Numbered from the stretch's first letter, positions 12,404 through 27,252 are shown. The stretch is 64,000 nt of DNA from Calcarisporiella thermophila CBS 279.70 (GCF_041956535.1 NW_027192213.1:474336-538335); one strand, 5' to 3'. Notes: generated from the sequence alone by a model not told the origin. Numbers and translations are program-made.

Positions 12404-15400
12404 TCATTTTGTTCCATTGACGTTCTTATTTGCGACAACCATCTTCCCGAAATAGGCGCTTAACGTTCCAAGCGAATTCGCATCCTCCAGCTCTGAATCT
12501 TCCGCTGCGTTTTCCGCAACAGCTGGGACAATTGCTGACAATACAGACAAAGGTTGCTCCTCTTTGCTTTCTTCTTCCTTCTGTGCTCCGTCGTTACCAT
12601 CAATCTCATCAGAGGCTGGGCGCTGGAAAACCTCATCCATATACGCCTGGAAGAGCATTGTAATTGGAGGAAGCATATGCGACGGTGCATTGAATACCCG
12701 TTGTGTTTTATTGGGTAGCTTTCCAACTGCTGTAGTATCGACGTCGACCTTGGAGGATGAACTTGCAGAAGAGGCGCCGAAAATATCTGAGAAGAAGGAT
12801 GTGGGTTTCTTCGCCTCCAAAGAAAAGGTTGTGGCTCCCTTTCCTGCTGCTTCTGCTTTAGTTTCGACAATATCTTTGCCTAAAATTTGGAGATCCCAGT
12901 TTGCATCCAAGAATACAATGTCAGAATTTAATGTCAAACTCCGTTGGTGTGAAGGATCGGATGTGATATTGGAGCGTGGAAGACATAGAAGGGCGCGAGT
13001 TGAAGTATACACACGGTGAACAAGCATGGGTACAGCGGATTCAGGATTGAAGGCAAGGAAAATGGTTTGATTTGATGGAGCGTGAGTAGATACAACAAAA
13101 TGAGGTGAGGCAAGGTCGATAGAGAGTTGAGCAACAGATAATTTGCATGACCACCAAACTATTTGCCAATAAAAATAGGTTTAGTACATGAATTTCGAGC
13201 AGAACCAATAATTAGAAAATATGATACCTGTGCAAGTCAACAGATTCCACACGTATAAATGCTTGTTAGTGCAAGCCACTAAGAAGTGGGATCCAGAGCA
13301 GAATGCCAGTCGTTGAACAGGCTCATACGAAGGTAACTGGGTAAGAACATTATGGATCATGTTGGTAAGCGGATCCCATAATGTAATCATGTGTCCATAC
13401 GCCACGGCAAGGATGGATCCGTCATTCGAGAATGCCGCGTCGGTGGGGACATAATCCCTGTAGTATCCAGTAGATCTACATGTCCATGCGGTCTCCATTT
13501 CGTTCTCGCTCGTGGACTCGGTAGAATGCCGCTGTAGTTGCCACACCTTGAATTTACCATCACGGGAAACTGTCACGCACATTGGGCTCTCTTTGGCATG
13601 AGGATGGAAAACTACACGGGTCACTTCCTTTTCGTGAGGGTAATCCGCTCGAGTATTCAAGATATAAGATTGAGTATCCGGGTCAAATTGCCAGAATTTC
13701 AAGTACAACTCAGGTTTTGTGTTTTCATCATCGCGTGAATCAACGGTCGCCATCCACTCGCCAGAACGTGAGAAGGCAACATGGTCTACGTGACTTACAG
13801 TAATATGTTTATTGTCACTACGCGTGACTCGGTTGGTAGGTGAAACTTCAAGCTCAAGCACATGCTTGTCCGTCCGTGCATTGTAAAACTGTATGGTACC
13901 GGGAAGTCCATTAAGGACTATGTTGCGACTTCGAGGTTCCATCACAAGACCAGTGGTAAATGGATTGGTTTCATGATTGGTTTGTGCTAGAATGAAAAAA
14001 AGAGGATTTACCAGTATAGAAAGTGTATCCTAATTATAAAGAGGAAGTATAAATGTACCATATTTCAAGCCCTGGACAGCCTGTTTAATTTGCAAATTAA
14101 GTGAAGTTATGATTCGAACAGAGTTGTCCATGTGTCCCAGAGCATAAAAGCGTTGATCAGGAGAGATAGTGATCGTTCTAATTTCAGACCCGAGGCGAGG
14201 GAGGAATTGTCGGTGGCCCGTCTCTAACTGCCAGATTACAAGCACGGCTTCTTCACCACCTGAGAGAAGATACCGTCCATCATTCGAAAATGCAAGATTA
14301 TTAACTCTGTGCGCATGCCAGTGTAGAACTGAGGTGACTGGCGATTCAATCTGTTCACCCGAGAAACAATACCACATCGTGATTTTTCCTATTTCGTCCC
14401 CAGTTGCAATGCATGCTTCTGTTGGATGGAGGGCTAGGCAGGTTATCGGCTCAGGGGAGATGTAAGTTCGTACGTCGGTGCTTTTTCCTTTAGCTTTACA
14501 AACGTGCAATTTTCGAGACGCACCCACGATAAGGTGTTCACCATCAGATGATAAACACATACCCGAGCATTTCTTAGTTTTGAGAAGACGAATAACGTTG
14601 GCGGATGAAGAAAGTGGGAAGCGAAGGACAATAGTGTTTCGCTTTTCGATGCCAGCTGCAGGCAAGAATGTGGTGAGAATAAATTTAAACCTTCAAAAGG
14701 AGAATCAAAATACTTACAAACTTGTTTCTGAATTTGGTGTTGTCGCTTTTTCGATGCTTTTAGTGTTGCTACATAGATAAAATCTGGATCCGAAGGATGT
14801 ATCGCCATATGTGTGACAGGAGACCCAATGTCGTGGGTTTTAAGGAGGGAAAAATCGCTGATATCCCAGAGCTTTACAGTACCATCAAGCGAGGCAGAAT
14901 AGAGCTATTTGAAGGGAAATGATCCAGTAAATAAATGACTTGGAGAGTAGACTACGTAATAGCAAGAAATACACATACCTGATTCGAATCGGTTGGATTC
15001 ACAAGTGTACATGTAATGGTATCTCTATGTCCACTCTCACTCGAAGATAACGTTCTTACGAGCTCGCCGGTGGCAACGCTATATATTTTTATACTGGTCG
15101 ATGCGCAGCAAAAGAAGTATCTAAAAAAAAGAAGTTATCATCATTGAACAAATTCGACGAAAACAGCTTAGTGTTGAATGATTTTATAACAGTACCTTGA
15201 ATCGTTGGTAAAAATAACTGGAAACTGGCTTAAAGGACCACCCGATACTTTGCTGACTGATAACGTTTTTGTGTGTGTTATAGCTTTATGATCGATGGCA
15301 CCAATCTGTTCATTTTCCTCAGCCTTTGATATTTTGCCCACTGACTTCTTTCCGGGTTTTTCATTCGAGGACAATGCTTGATCAGGTTTTCCTGGTGACT

Positions 15401-15518
15401 TCGTCGGGCGTGCAGCATCGCCAGTATGAATTAGCTTTTTCATTGAAGGGGACTTATTGTGAGCCTTTTTCGGTGTCACTTTTTTGGACGGCGCCTTTTG
15501 ATTCCCCGTAAATACCAT
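12404..15518 (-). CDS. UTP17: WD40 U3 snoRNP/t-UTP subunit Utp17/Nan1 (WDR75)
   Basis: GGPLS..VIFTNDSRY, LHWHAHRV..LLSGGEEAVLVIWQLETG..FLPRLG, LKFWQ..Y.LNTR.DYPH, FNAPSHMLPP. Multi-exon. Confidence 0.92.
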
Positions 15519-16379
15519 TCCCACTATCAAATTTCTATGTATCCTTTTAGAAAAAGTATTATACTAGTTCAAGTATCTAACTGCAAAACTATAATTCAAA
15601 CGTATGAAATGTAAACAACTGCGCCATTCAAACACAGTCATTTGTGACTACTGATTATCTGGGATCATTTTATGAAAGAATTTCATGCCACTATCGAGGA
15701 ATGTAAAAACGATACTAGTTAATTATTTATGAAATATCAACCGCGATAGATATCGAAGAAAAATACATAGAAACCACTAAAAGTGCATATAGTTAATTTT
15801 ATTCTCATATATTGAATTTTCCGTATATATTATAGCCATGGCTGCTATATATCTACATCCTGGGAACTAGAGTAGTATTATTTTGTAAACCACTTCCCCT
15901 CTCCCCCAAAATTATTGATATACTAATCTTAAAAAGGACTGAAAGCTATGTCAATACAAGCTCCAGGAAAATGTCAAGTAAAATAAGCTTTATAGCTGGT
16001 AAAAATATCTAAAAAACAATCCTCCGTACGGTAGAGCCTTAAGCATTATAACTAAAAAAGATAGTCAATCAATTATGCATACATACACAACGCACAGAGG
16101 TTAGCGAAAAAAATAACGACAAGAATTTATGCAAGGAGGAACTTATAAGAGAAGCTAAAAAACAAGATGCTAAAAAACGATAAGGGTTGTATGACGAAAG
16201 GGTTACATAAAATATAAGAAAATAATAATAGATGAATGACAACACATAAAATAGAGGAGAAATTAACATTTAGCCAAAATTTGAAGTATGATAGATATTG
16301 TGGATTACGATACACGTGAATATACGGATACACGTAAATACAAGGGAAAAAAGCCAAAGCCTCCAAGCAGATTATTCTC

Positions 16380-19300
16380 TCAGTTCTCGGGTCCAGAGGA
16401 TATTGTCGCTTTGCCATTTGATACTACCGCAACTGCTGTATCTGCTACTCCAACTTCCATTCCTCCCTTCTCCGACAAAGTTAATGAGAAGAGAATCTGC
16501 CACTCTCCAATTGGATCATCCATTACTGCGTGTATACAGCCCTGACGCGTGGCCTCCGGGTTCAGACATCGGATGTTTGATCCCTGAATAACCTGTTCTC
16601 GTATCCCCGTGTTAACGTTCCATACCTCAATAAATGAAGTCTCGAACGCAAGCACGTAAGGATAATGGTACACAAATGCTGTTGGGATACCCTCCCAGAA
16701 GATAATCCAGTTATGACGCACATGCCGACCATTTTTATCCACATAAAAGGCGAACTCGTCATAGCACAGAAGGAACTCGCCATTTCGTACTCGATATAAT
16801 GCAATGGGTCGCACATTTTCTCGTTTGTGGACAAAAGCAAGCGACTCATTGTCCGGGTCAAGCAGCTCCTGCGTAGATAGGGTTTCTAGATCTACGACCT
16901 CGAAGCCCTTAGTACAACCAACGCAAAGTTTCGACTTTAGAAAGTGGATTGAGGTGGATTCCGTGGGGATATAAAATTCTTTATAAAAACGTAAAGATTC
17001 GTGCCCGCTTCGCAATAAGCGCCCTATGCTAGATTTGTTCTTCTTGCTGGCGGGTTGGTATTGGGGTTCTAGGGCCTTGATTGTTGTCGAGAGCGAATTT
17101 GACTTAACAACGCAGATAAGGTTGCGATTAAGGCATGTGCCGTACTTGAAGAAAGAGACATGAGAACTAATGCGGCGTCCTCGTCGATTTGCTGGATTAG
17201 TGTCGAAAGCATCAAGGACTTCAATCGGATAGGTATAGAGTTGTTTATCTGTAAAAAATATCGAGAGCTTTAGCATCCTATTTTGATACTATGATAAATA
17301 GGGCTAGGAAAATTGAAGAATTACCTGCAAGCACCATTATGATTCGAGTTTCCTCTAAAATCTCAATTTGTGAGACCTTTTCTAAGGTCAATACATGTTG
17401 GAAGGATTTCATATCTCCAGTCACCCCTACACTCAATCCTAGATCTGTTCCCAGCACGAGTTTCATACCGTTTTCTAGGAGAAAAAATAGAATAGGTTAT
17501 TATCGTTAAAAAAGCAAACGGATAAAAAAACATACCACACGTTGCTGAACAATTAATTTTGTTATGACTTGGGAAATAGCGCTCCGATAGAATCTTTACT
17601 TCAAATATTCGTGTATTTTCAAATATAATCTGGCGCTGACGTTCAATCTTTTCGACCCATTTGCAACGCGCGGAATGGGTGGAAGCGTAAAGGGTAAGAG
17701 GGGGACCAAATTTGCTGCCGAGCGATACAAAGGTAATGGGATATCCAGCTTTGGTTTCAGATTTTTGCGCAGGTGATGCAGCAACTGGAGTAAGGCGACC
17801 ATAGGAAGGAAGAATGGAGCTGGGGCGGCGCGAGTTTTGCTGATCTGGTAATATTACCTGCAGTAGTTCAAGAGGTATTGGCTGTACCGGAATTGGAATA
17901 GAAAAATTAGTGTGAATCAGATTGCAAGGGGGGACACCATTTACTCACCGCCTTATAGACTTTATATTGCTCGTACTTCTGAACATGCTTAATTTTGGTG
18001 AAGAGTAGTACATGATCAAAGAGGAACACTTGCAAATCCGAAGACTGATCAGTATTAGAGCTCTTTTTGTTCAGTGGACCTTTAAATATGATTTCACGAT
18101 TCGGATCGTGCAGCTGAAGATCCTGGAAATGATAAACAGATGTGACAAAAATTAGCGGCTCAGTAAAGAGAGAGGCTAACAAATCAATAGTTCACCTGAT
18201 AATCAGTTCCGGGCTTGAAAATGATCTGCTCTTGCAATTGATCCAAGGTTAACCGATTTTCTACTCTCCCAGTTTCAACATTGACTCTCTTTAAAAACTC
18301 TCTAATGATATTCATAGCCTTGGGAATATTCGTGCGATCCGGGTGACCTTCAGGCGTGTGCTTCAAAATTTGATCCAATAACAAATTATACCGTGCCAGT
18401 CGAGTGGTTGGCTTTGTCAGATAGCCATTCAACTCAAGCTTCCGCGACTCAGGAAGCCTTTCAACCTCTTGGACGAAAAAGGCAAACTGCGGATTTCCAT
18501 TTTTTTCTCTTTCAAACACGAATTTACCAATGACCTGATGTGCTCCATAGCGAACAAAGGGCTCAAAATTTACAACGTGGTCGAGAAGAATATCTCCTAT
18601 TTGATCGACAATAGCATATGCATTCTGTCGTTTCTGCATTGCATCGCACATCCGAGAATTAATTGCGTGTACCTCGAGGATATTGAAGAAGACTTCGCGA
18701 ATAAACAGCTCGCGACGCTCTTCCGGAACCACGGCGCTTACTCGGAGCGGTTTAATCCAAAACTAGGCAGGATTTAGAATATTTCGTAATGATATTTAAC
18801 TATATATATTTATATACTGCATAAAGCAAGTGCTTACCTCACGTACATATTCCAGGTCAGATACAAAATCTTTCTCGGTATAAATCAGTTCGAAAATATT
18901 CTCTTGTCGCTTACGCTCTTCGGATGACACTGAATCTGCAATTTCTCTGGGGACGGAATGAATCCAAAGACGCTGGTCCTAAAAAGAGAATACACTCTTG
19001 AATATAAACAGATATCTGGACTAGGGTGGTGGGATTAAATTTACCTGAGTCGAATCGTTATTAGATCCACGACTAGCAGACCGAATTAAATTCCCATCTA
19101 TGTTTTGATTAAGCCGAGCCTGCTATGATACACAACATTAGAAAAAAAAAAAGATGAAATGGTGTCCTGAACTAATTAAAATATCTACCTGTTCCAACCT
19201 CCGTGGACATACAATACTATAGCACAATTTGTCTCGCGAGCAGGTGGGTGAATAACAATCAGTTAGTAATGTGAACACTCCGTTAGGTAAATCACCTTCT

Positions 19301-20661
19301 TCCTCCTCTTCTCTTTCTTCCTCTACTTGAGAGAGCAGTTCTCTTTCGGGCACAGTTAAAGTAGGGGCCCGATCTTTAAATTTGTAAAGCTCATTAACAC
19401 TATCACGCAGGCGATGGTCATAAGTAACATCATGAAAAAATTTTTGAGAGTCTAGTGCACGGCCAACTAGTAATGCAAGATTACGGTCGGTCGTACGAAT
19501 AATATAGGCAAGAAGATCCTTAACAATATAAATGGATATTAGTATTAGACTCTTCAAACATATAAATATAAATATAGACATATACCACTGCTTCTCGTCC
19601 ATCAAAACAGTCCTTATATTCTAGAGAATTTTTGAGTCTTGTATTGAGAGAAATTCTCTGCCGAAATGCCGTTGCTACGCGTGAGAGCAGAGCAGGATAG
19701 ACCACAGGAGCACGTAAGCGGGAAATTGTTAATGTGCGATCATTCATCTCGTAGGAGGTCGAAGATAGTGAATGTGTACGCTCTCCATAAACACGTCCAG
19801 ATCGATTCATACTATTTAATGTTTCAAAAGAGGCTCGAGAAGAAATCGTAGTTCCTTGAGTAGAGAGTGTGCTTGCTGGAATTACAAATAATAGAGTGAA
19901 GAATGAGAAATGAAAGTTTAATATTAGTATACAGGCATTGGTTTTAGGATTTATGAGATCTGTACCTCGATCATAAGACAAAAATTGAGCTCGTCCGGGA
20001 GGAGAGCGTTCACGAAATACGCCCTGTGAATGAGGCGCTTTTAGCGGAGGGGTATGGTAAACCCCATCAAAATCGCTGAATTGACCAGTTCTGTAAGTTT
20101 GCGTGGAGGATTGACTACTATTTGAAGGAACTATTCCACGAAAAAGGAGTATAAAAATATGAGTTAAAAGGTCAATATTAGCTATAGAATTCAGCGTTAA
20201 AAATCTCTACTTCTTTTATGTGTGCGTGTAGGTACGTTGCGATTAGATGCTAAAACATGTTCTCGCGTTATGATTGGCGGTGCGCGATATGCCTGTCTTT
20301 CTATCGACTGTCGAACATTTTCAGTGTTTGGATGCGAATTATTAGAACTGTATGAGGACTGGCCAAAGCTTGATTGAATGTTCTGCGAAGGTATTTGGTT
20401 ACTTGCCACCACGGACGAAAAATGCGAATTAGCTATTTAAACAAATGTAAAAAATTGACTATATGAATTCAAAAATTTATGACTATTTTATGGGAAATAG
20501 GACATACATTGGCTTGTCCAGTATTGGGAGCGGTTTGGCAGCTGTGATGTAAATTGGGAGTGATGCATTAATTGGGACTGTGATACCGATGAATCCATCA
20601 TTCGGTCTCTATGCGCACCGATGTATGGGGATTCACGAGAATCTCTCGTAATGTCCTCCAT
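16380..20661 (-). CDS. Rho1 guanine-nucleotide exchange factor of the Rom1/Rom2/Rgf1 type (DEP-DH-PH-CNH)
   Basis: VYPALLSRVA, FDGREAV, DRNLALLVGRALDSQKFFHDVTYDHRLRDS, LPNGVFTLLTDCYSPTC, KLELNGYLTKPTTRLARY, CNH domain (YKEFYIP..LCVGCTKGFE). About 10 introns. The start ATG is tentative. Confidence 0.93.
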
Positions 20662-20933
20662 ATCGATTAGTACAATCTTTATTACTCCCTTGGTAACTTC
20701 TCTAAACCGCTATTATCCCTGAGGTAGCTGAAGACAAACACAATATCTATCTCCTCATTGTGTTCACACATTTATCTTAAAATTAGTTTTTCGAAACGTA
20801 ATGAGGCGCAGCTTTGAAATATTTTCCAATGCCAAAAAAAGGTACACAAGCAAAGCAAAGTTTGAAAAACATTGAAAAAATATCACACAATGTATAGGAT
20901 TAATATTGCAGAGTAGAGTGGAATAAGAAGTTA

Positions 20934-23507
20934 TTAGGAATGCGGCGATAGCCATTGATGTCTACGTTTACGCCACGACTCCATTTGATTTTTCGGTAGG
21001 CTATACAAAGGGTTGTAAGGAGAGGGTATAGCTGTGCGCTTTCGGAAAAACATGTCCTCTCCTCCATCAAATATAATACGGTAGGTGGATTCAGAAAAGG
21101 AAATGTTCATCCCGTCTCGCCAAATCAGTCTCTTTAATTCTTCGCTTCTTAGGTTCTTATTGACTTTAGCGCTTCTTTCATCCACTCTTCTTTTCTTACT
21201 TCGATCGAGAGTAACATTTTCTATATATTGATTAATCATGCTATCGTTTAGTTCAAGTTCACCCAAGGATGCTGGAGGTGATGACCCGGAAGATTTTGCA
21301 TAGCTAGATCCCAGAATGTTTCGTATTAAAAATGGTGGCTTAATGCCTGCTAGTGCCGGCTCGGTCGTTTCGCACACCGCGTAATTTTCTAGATAGCGTG
21401 CAAATTCCTCCCTCGAAGACAATGGACTATCAGCTCTCCCTAGGAGCTGTATGGATAGGATAAAGGGTTGAGACTACAGTAAATGCAAATAATTAATATA
21501 CGTCATAAAGAAAAGCATATATCCAAATTAATGTTCGCATACTGATTTTATCATATATGTGTTTTCATTCATTAATATTGCTTGTACTTCAAAACGATAC
21601 GCAGTCAGTTTTTGACTATCAAACCTCGCTAGTTTACGATTGTAGTGAAATAGACGCTCTAGATCATACATTTTTGAGTTGCTAACGACAGCTTGAAACT
21701 AATGGGCAATTAATTACATTGACTTACAATTGTAATTCATAAAGTATATGTTTACCTGCTTCCATAAAGTCCTTATCAATTTCTCCATCGTGAATACGAT
21801 GTAGCCCTGGATTCCAAACATTCCACGAATGTATTCTTCAAACCGCAATTGATCAATCTTACTAGCAAGTAGCATCTGGAGCACCCGAAGAAATTGCTCA
21901 TAATAGTAATCTGATGAAGGGCTCGCAGGTGCTTCTAAAATAATGTAATAGATGGGATGAGATAAAGAAAACAAAAAAGATATCACAGTTGAACTTAGGT
22001 TAGATTTTACCAGGGAATAAATCACGATCCAACGCCGACAAATCTACACGCTCCTCTGACGGTCGAGTTGCAATTTCCGTTGAATATCTTTTAATAAGTA
22101 ATAATCGCGAATAGACTATCTCTAAAAGTCGCAAAAAGCAATAAAATACATCTCCGGAAAAGAAATATATTGTTCCTTGTCGCGCAGGTTGTCCTCTTTT
22201 TGAGCCGTTATTTTGACAATTGTCTTCACATTGCAGCAATTGAGATAAAAATTCCCTCAAAAATCTTTCGTATTTGTCTTTATCTTCTGGTGTGATTCCC
22301 GGCTCTTCCCATCCACTCGCCAATAACTTAATTACTCTGGTATAAACTTCGTACTCCTCAAATTTAACCCATACATGCACACCATCGTGTCCATGTGCTT
22401 GCGCTTCCTGTCGCCTTGCTTCAATCTCTGTAATAAGAGAACGTGGATTTAACATACGCTTTTCTTCATTTTTGAACGTCGTGGATTTATGGTCTAGAGC
22501 TTTGAGATAATTTTTTGCGAATGCGTTACGCCAATTAATAAGATTGGATTCCTACAAAACATGACCGTATGAATAAATGACATATTTAAGGAAGTTTTGG
22601 AGTTATATACTTTATAACGTGTTAACGTCTCCAGCTTATTGTGAAGATCCTCAATAATTTTTGGCAAACCCATAAGTGAATCAGATGGTGGCCTCGGCGA
22701 AAATATTTCTTCAGAACTTGGCTTTTTTATATAGCGAAAATAGATGGCCCGAATATCGCCCCAGTGTTTGAGTAGCTCCTCTTCGGCCAAAGTATCAAGT
22801 GAGATTGACAAGAGTTCTTGCCGTATTGCTTCTAATCCATTGATAGCTTGTTTATACCATAGTAATGTTCGGTCTACTTCGTACCTGATATAGCAAAGTT
22901 TTATTAAAGTGTTAACGCGAGGAGTGAACTAGAAACTTACATTTCATCTTCTGTGCGTAGAAGTATTTCTTCGTGAGAATTTTTGTGATGAGTCTTGAAG
23001 CCGGCTTCAAGAGTATTATGCGAAGGGTGGCACATCCACTCAGTATTAAGTACTGAATTACATAACTCATCTTGGCCGCTGCATTTTGGGTGACGAAGCT
23101 AAACCACAAGATAATGATGAAAAGAAAAAATGAGCAAGAAGAGATGAAATGAGTCAAGACTTAAGACTCACATTAGCAGGCAATTGTCTATAGCTTTCAT
23201 TAAGCTTTTCTTTTATTCCGCTTTCTTCTTCTTCCCCTAACAATCTTCGAAACAACGCAAAAAGATCCCGATCCGCACCAATAAAATACTCGGCGCGATG
23301 AATAAGCGAAGGCGGATCAACAAGTCCTTGATTGAAGAGGTTTATAAGCTTAAGGAATTCATTGTACGTGTGCTTGTGCGGAATGAGGTCGCGTACACGC
23401 TCGAAAAAAGTGAGTTGAGCAATTGTAGTGAACTCGTCTTCTGCATGGGAGGAGAAGACGGTAGAAGAGGAGGAGGTGTCGCGAGATATGCGCGTAGAGT
23501 GTGTCAT
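20934..23507 (-). CDS. Divergent short Sin3-family corepressor paralog (single PAH, HDAC-interaction domain, Sin3_C)
   Basis: PAH3-like FFERVRDLI..YNEFLKLINLFNQ. HID: SYRQLP, CSGQDELCNSVLNTEW, NYLKALDHKSTTFK. C-domain: FYCFLRLLEIVYSRL, FEEYIRGMFGIQGYIVFTMEKLI, YRIIFDGGEDMFFR. The exons checked join in frame. Confidence 0.85.
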
Positions 23508-24179
23508 TGTGACCCTGTATAGGTCAAGTAAGAATATAACTTTGAAGATAGTAAGGTATATTGGCCACTTAAGTGCTACTCTCTGCTTGTAGCAGAAAGA
23601 ATTCAGAATTACTCTGTGACTACTCTATTTTTAACTAATTGAAGTGACTTGTTTATTGGTATATAAACACTCCTGCCCTCCAATGTTATTGATATCCATC
23701 TTTCTCATTCTCCTCTTATTATAATAAATGTATGTTCACTCCAACGTGCTCTAGCTCTTTCTCTAAACTTTATGGAATCTTCCATTCACCCCAGTTACTT
23801 TCAGAATCAACTTTTTCCACCATGTTGAAATTTCTGTGGTTTTTGGCTGGGAAGAGTAATATTCAACCTTCAAATATTCCTTAATGTCTTTTCTTTTGAC
23901 AACTAGGGAACTAATATACCCTGTAAGGTATATTTACTCAGTTAGCAATAGAATCAATATTTTGCTTGCTGTGATTCGCCATTTTCCAAATTACCTAATT
24001 ACTATATAATTGCAAGGAAAAGCAATGCTATTTTATTGAGGAGTGAGACAAGATATTACACACTTAGTACATACGGCTAAGCTATGAATGCTAAATTAGT
24101 TTCTGCTTGCTCCCGGACAATGGATATAGCGTCCGATTGATAATAATGCAGCTGGAAATATGAAAAACTAGAAGAAAAC

Positions 24180-27100
24180 TCATGCTTTCTCGGTTGATGC
24201 TGAAGGAGGTGGGTTTGCCTTTCCAAAATCACTTGGATTCTTTCCCATCCACAGTTCCAGTAGTCCTCCAACGCCTCCCATTAGTCGCTGCATGGGAATA
24301 CTTTCCCCTTCCGGCAGCATATCTTTGTGTCTAAACCAAGCTCCTGTTAATGGTTTCCCATTGAGTACAGCACGCTGAACATATCTATTGTTGGGTGAAA
24401 AATCGTGTGCTTTAATTGTGAAAGTGTGCCCGCCGCCGAGATTAATGGTTGTGGTCGAGAAATAAGGCGATGCAAGAAGATAGAAATCCTGCCCTGTAAC
24501 AGGATAAACGCCTATCATAGCCCAATTAACCCAAGCTCCCATTGCCTGGAAAATTAAAATAGACATCAATAATTGGATATAATAGAATAGCCTTGAAGCA
24601 GATTAAATGTACCCCAGCATCATCATTCCCTGGGAGACCATATTTCGAAGTCGTGAAGTATTTTGCTACAATTTCACGCAAGCGATCCACTGTTAGATCG
24701 TGTCGTCCGGCCCATATATAGAGATACGGAATCATGAACACTGGCTCATTTCCCTAAATTCAAAATTGCAGCGGGTCAAATGATTTCATTGCCACAGCTT
24801 TTATCTGGAAACAACTTACCACATCATAGAAACCTGCTGACAAAAATTTATCGATTCTCCGCACAAATGTTTCCGGTCCTTGCATTAGTTCGATAAGTTT
24901 CGCTACATCTTGTGGAGCGTAAAATGAGTATGCCCAACTTGACGCTTCGAAAAACTCGGCAGGAAATGCGTAATAACAACTATCATGATTCATCGTGGGT
25001 CCGCAATACTGAGGGTGAAAGAAAGAAAAGCTTCCATTCTAATCGGAATATTGAGCACTCTTCTTTTTCACATTGAAGATGTATTAAGTTTACCTGGAAA
25101 CGTGGCTGAATGAAACCTGTGAATCCACTATCACTTAAGCTTGCATCCCACAATTGTTGCCAATTATCTCCTCTTTTTCTGAATCGTTTATAGTCTTCCG
25201 TCTTTCCAAGATGCTTTGCTGTCATAGCGATGGCGAAATCATTATAAGCATATTCGACTGTTCGCGATGCAGTTGCGTGATGCTTCACCACTTCAGCAAA
25301 TTCGTTGTCTCTTGGGATGTATCCGAGAGTTTTGTAAAACTCTACCGACCCTCTGCCTAACAATTCATAGTCAGGGCTTTCTTCATCTGCATCTCTGAGC
25401 ATTGCACGGTACGCGTCCTCCAATGAGATACCTCGACCAAGGTTTTTTATTATAGAATCTGCGAGTAATATGTCTCCATTGGAACCTCCTTGGATTAGGC
25501 CAGGCTTATTGCCCATATGACAATCGGGCAGCCAACCTCCGTAATGCCGCGACATGTCTATGAGCGAGCGCATCATCTCAGCCTGTGCATCTGGCTGAAT
25601 AAGAGTATAGAGGGCATGGGAGCATCGGAACGTATCCCATATCTAAAGCGTATATTGCCACTGTTACTGGAATATCAATTGTAAAATCGTGATAAAAGGT
25701 GTCACTTACACAATAGAAATCGTCATAATACGGCTCTGGGCTCTGCCAGTTTGGATTTTCTCCAGTCCTGTTGACAGGCATTAGCATTGTGCGATATAAC
25801 GAAGAGTAAAACAGCTTCATTTGATCGTTTGACGCGCCTTCGATGCGAATCCTACTGAGGGCATTGTTCCATTCTTGCTCTGCCCTTTGTCGTACGCTCT
25901 CGAAGTTGAATCTTGGAATGCCCATAATCTGATCATTCATGTTTTGCCTTGCTTTTTCAGTTGAGAGGAACGATATACCGATACGCGCTTGGACGGTCTT
26001 AATATTGTGAGGAAAGGTGAAATACGCACCAACGGGAGCTTGCAGTTAATGGATAAATTTGGTCAGATTAAATCTGAGAGGAAATTTTCGAAAAAAGCCC
26101 TATACTCACCAAATTTATCCCCTCTCACTTCAGTTGCACCCTCAATTCTAGTTTCATTTCGCCATCCCCCAAACTTCGTTGACCTTTGATCAAACTCAGC
26201 GTGGAAATATACTTTAAACAGTGCCTCATGATTGAATGACCCACGATAGAGGCCAACGCCTTCTAATGTATGATCATCAATTACTCTCACAAATCCACCC
26301 TGGTAACTGCTCATAAGATCGTGTCCCATATCGAGGATAACAGTCATTGGAGCAGCTGTTCCAATTATGGTATAGCGATGTAGGGCAGCGCGAGCGGCGG
26401 TTGTAAGTTCTACACGGAGGTTGTACCGCTCAAGTTCGATGGAAAAGTATCCAGGCGAAGCAGCTAATAGTGATAGAACGTTATAGTAAGCAAAGAGATA
26501 TCAAGAAAGTATACACATACTATCTGAGCCATTTATTCGTGCACTTGCATAGTTTCTAAATGACCAGTTTTCCCCAGTGACAGGCATAAAACTACATATA
26601 AAAATAAAAGACCGAGTTAGAATATGGAACAAACAGACAATTATCTAAGTGAAAACTTGCTTCACATTGCCATATGATCCACCCTGAGCATAGCAAACGA
26701 GACAGTCCGTAATTAATATTATTGAATAAAATTGAGACACGTAGCATCACAATTACATACCCCACCGGTCTAATGAATCAATCAAACAAAATAAGATATA
26801 TGATAGTTAGTACCTTTTAATGGACTGAAAATTTTGAATAATTACCCCGTCAGTATGTAGCTGACTGAATCCAGTTACGTTTCCAGTAAGATAATATCCA
26901 GCCTGAAAGTCAATGATTAGTTGAATGGCAACAATGTAGAAATGTTTTGATATTTTACCTGCGGCTCAGGACTATCCATGTCAGGACCTGGTTTGACCAT
27001 ACCCCAGGGTAAACTGGGGCCTGGGAACACGTGCCTTTTATAAACCAAAGGAAAAGAAAAAAGTTATAGCTACCTACCTATTTAATGAATAGCCAACGAT

Positions 27101-27252
27101 ATTCAAGATAATTACCCTCCAGGGCCAGTTCCTATAAACAGGTCAACATGTTTGACATAATTGTTTGAAAGCCTTTGTGCATATACTATTATACAATGAA
27201 AGAATAAAAGCGCAAAGAAACTCGCAATGCTCCAAGATGAAAAGAGCAGCAT
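24180..27252 (-). CDS. Secreted GH92 alpha-1,2-mannosidase; many exons including a 9-nt micro-exon
   Basis: Signal peptide MLLFSSWSIASFFALL. Motifs: VDLFIGT, FPGPSLPWGMVKPGPD, FYSSLYRTMLMP, WDTFRC, QGGSNGD, SRTVEYAYNDF, GNEP, GLPGNDDAGAMGAW. Confidence 0.93.
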
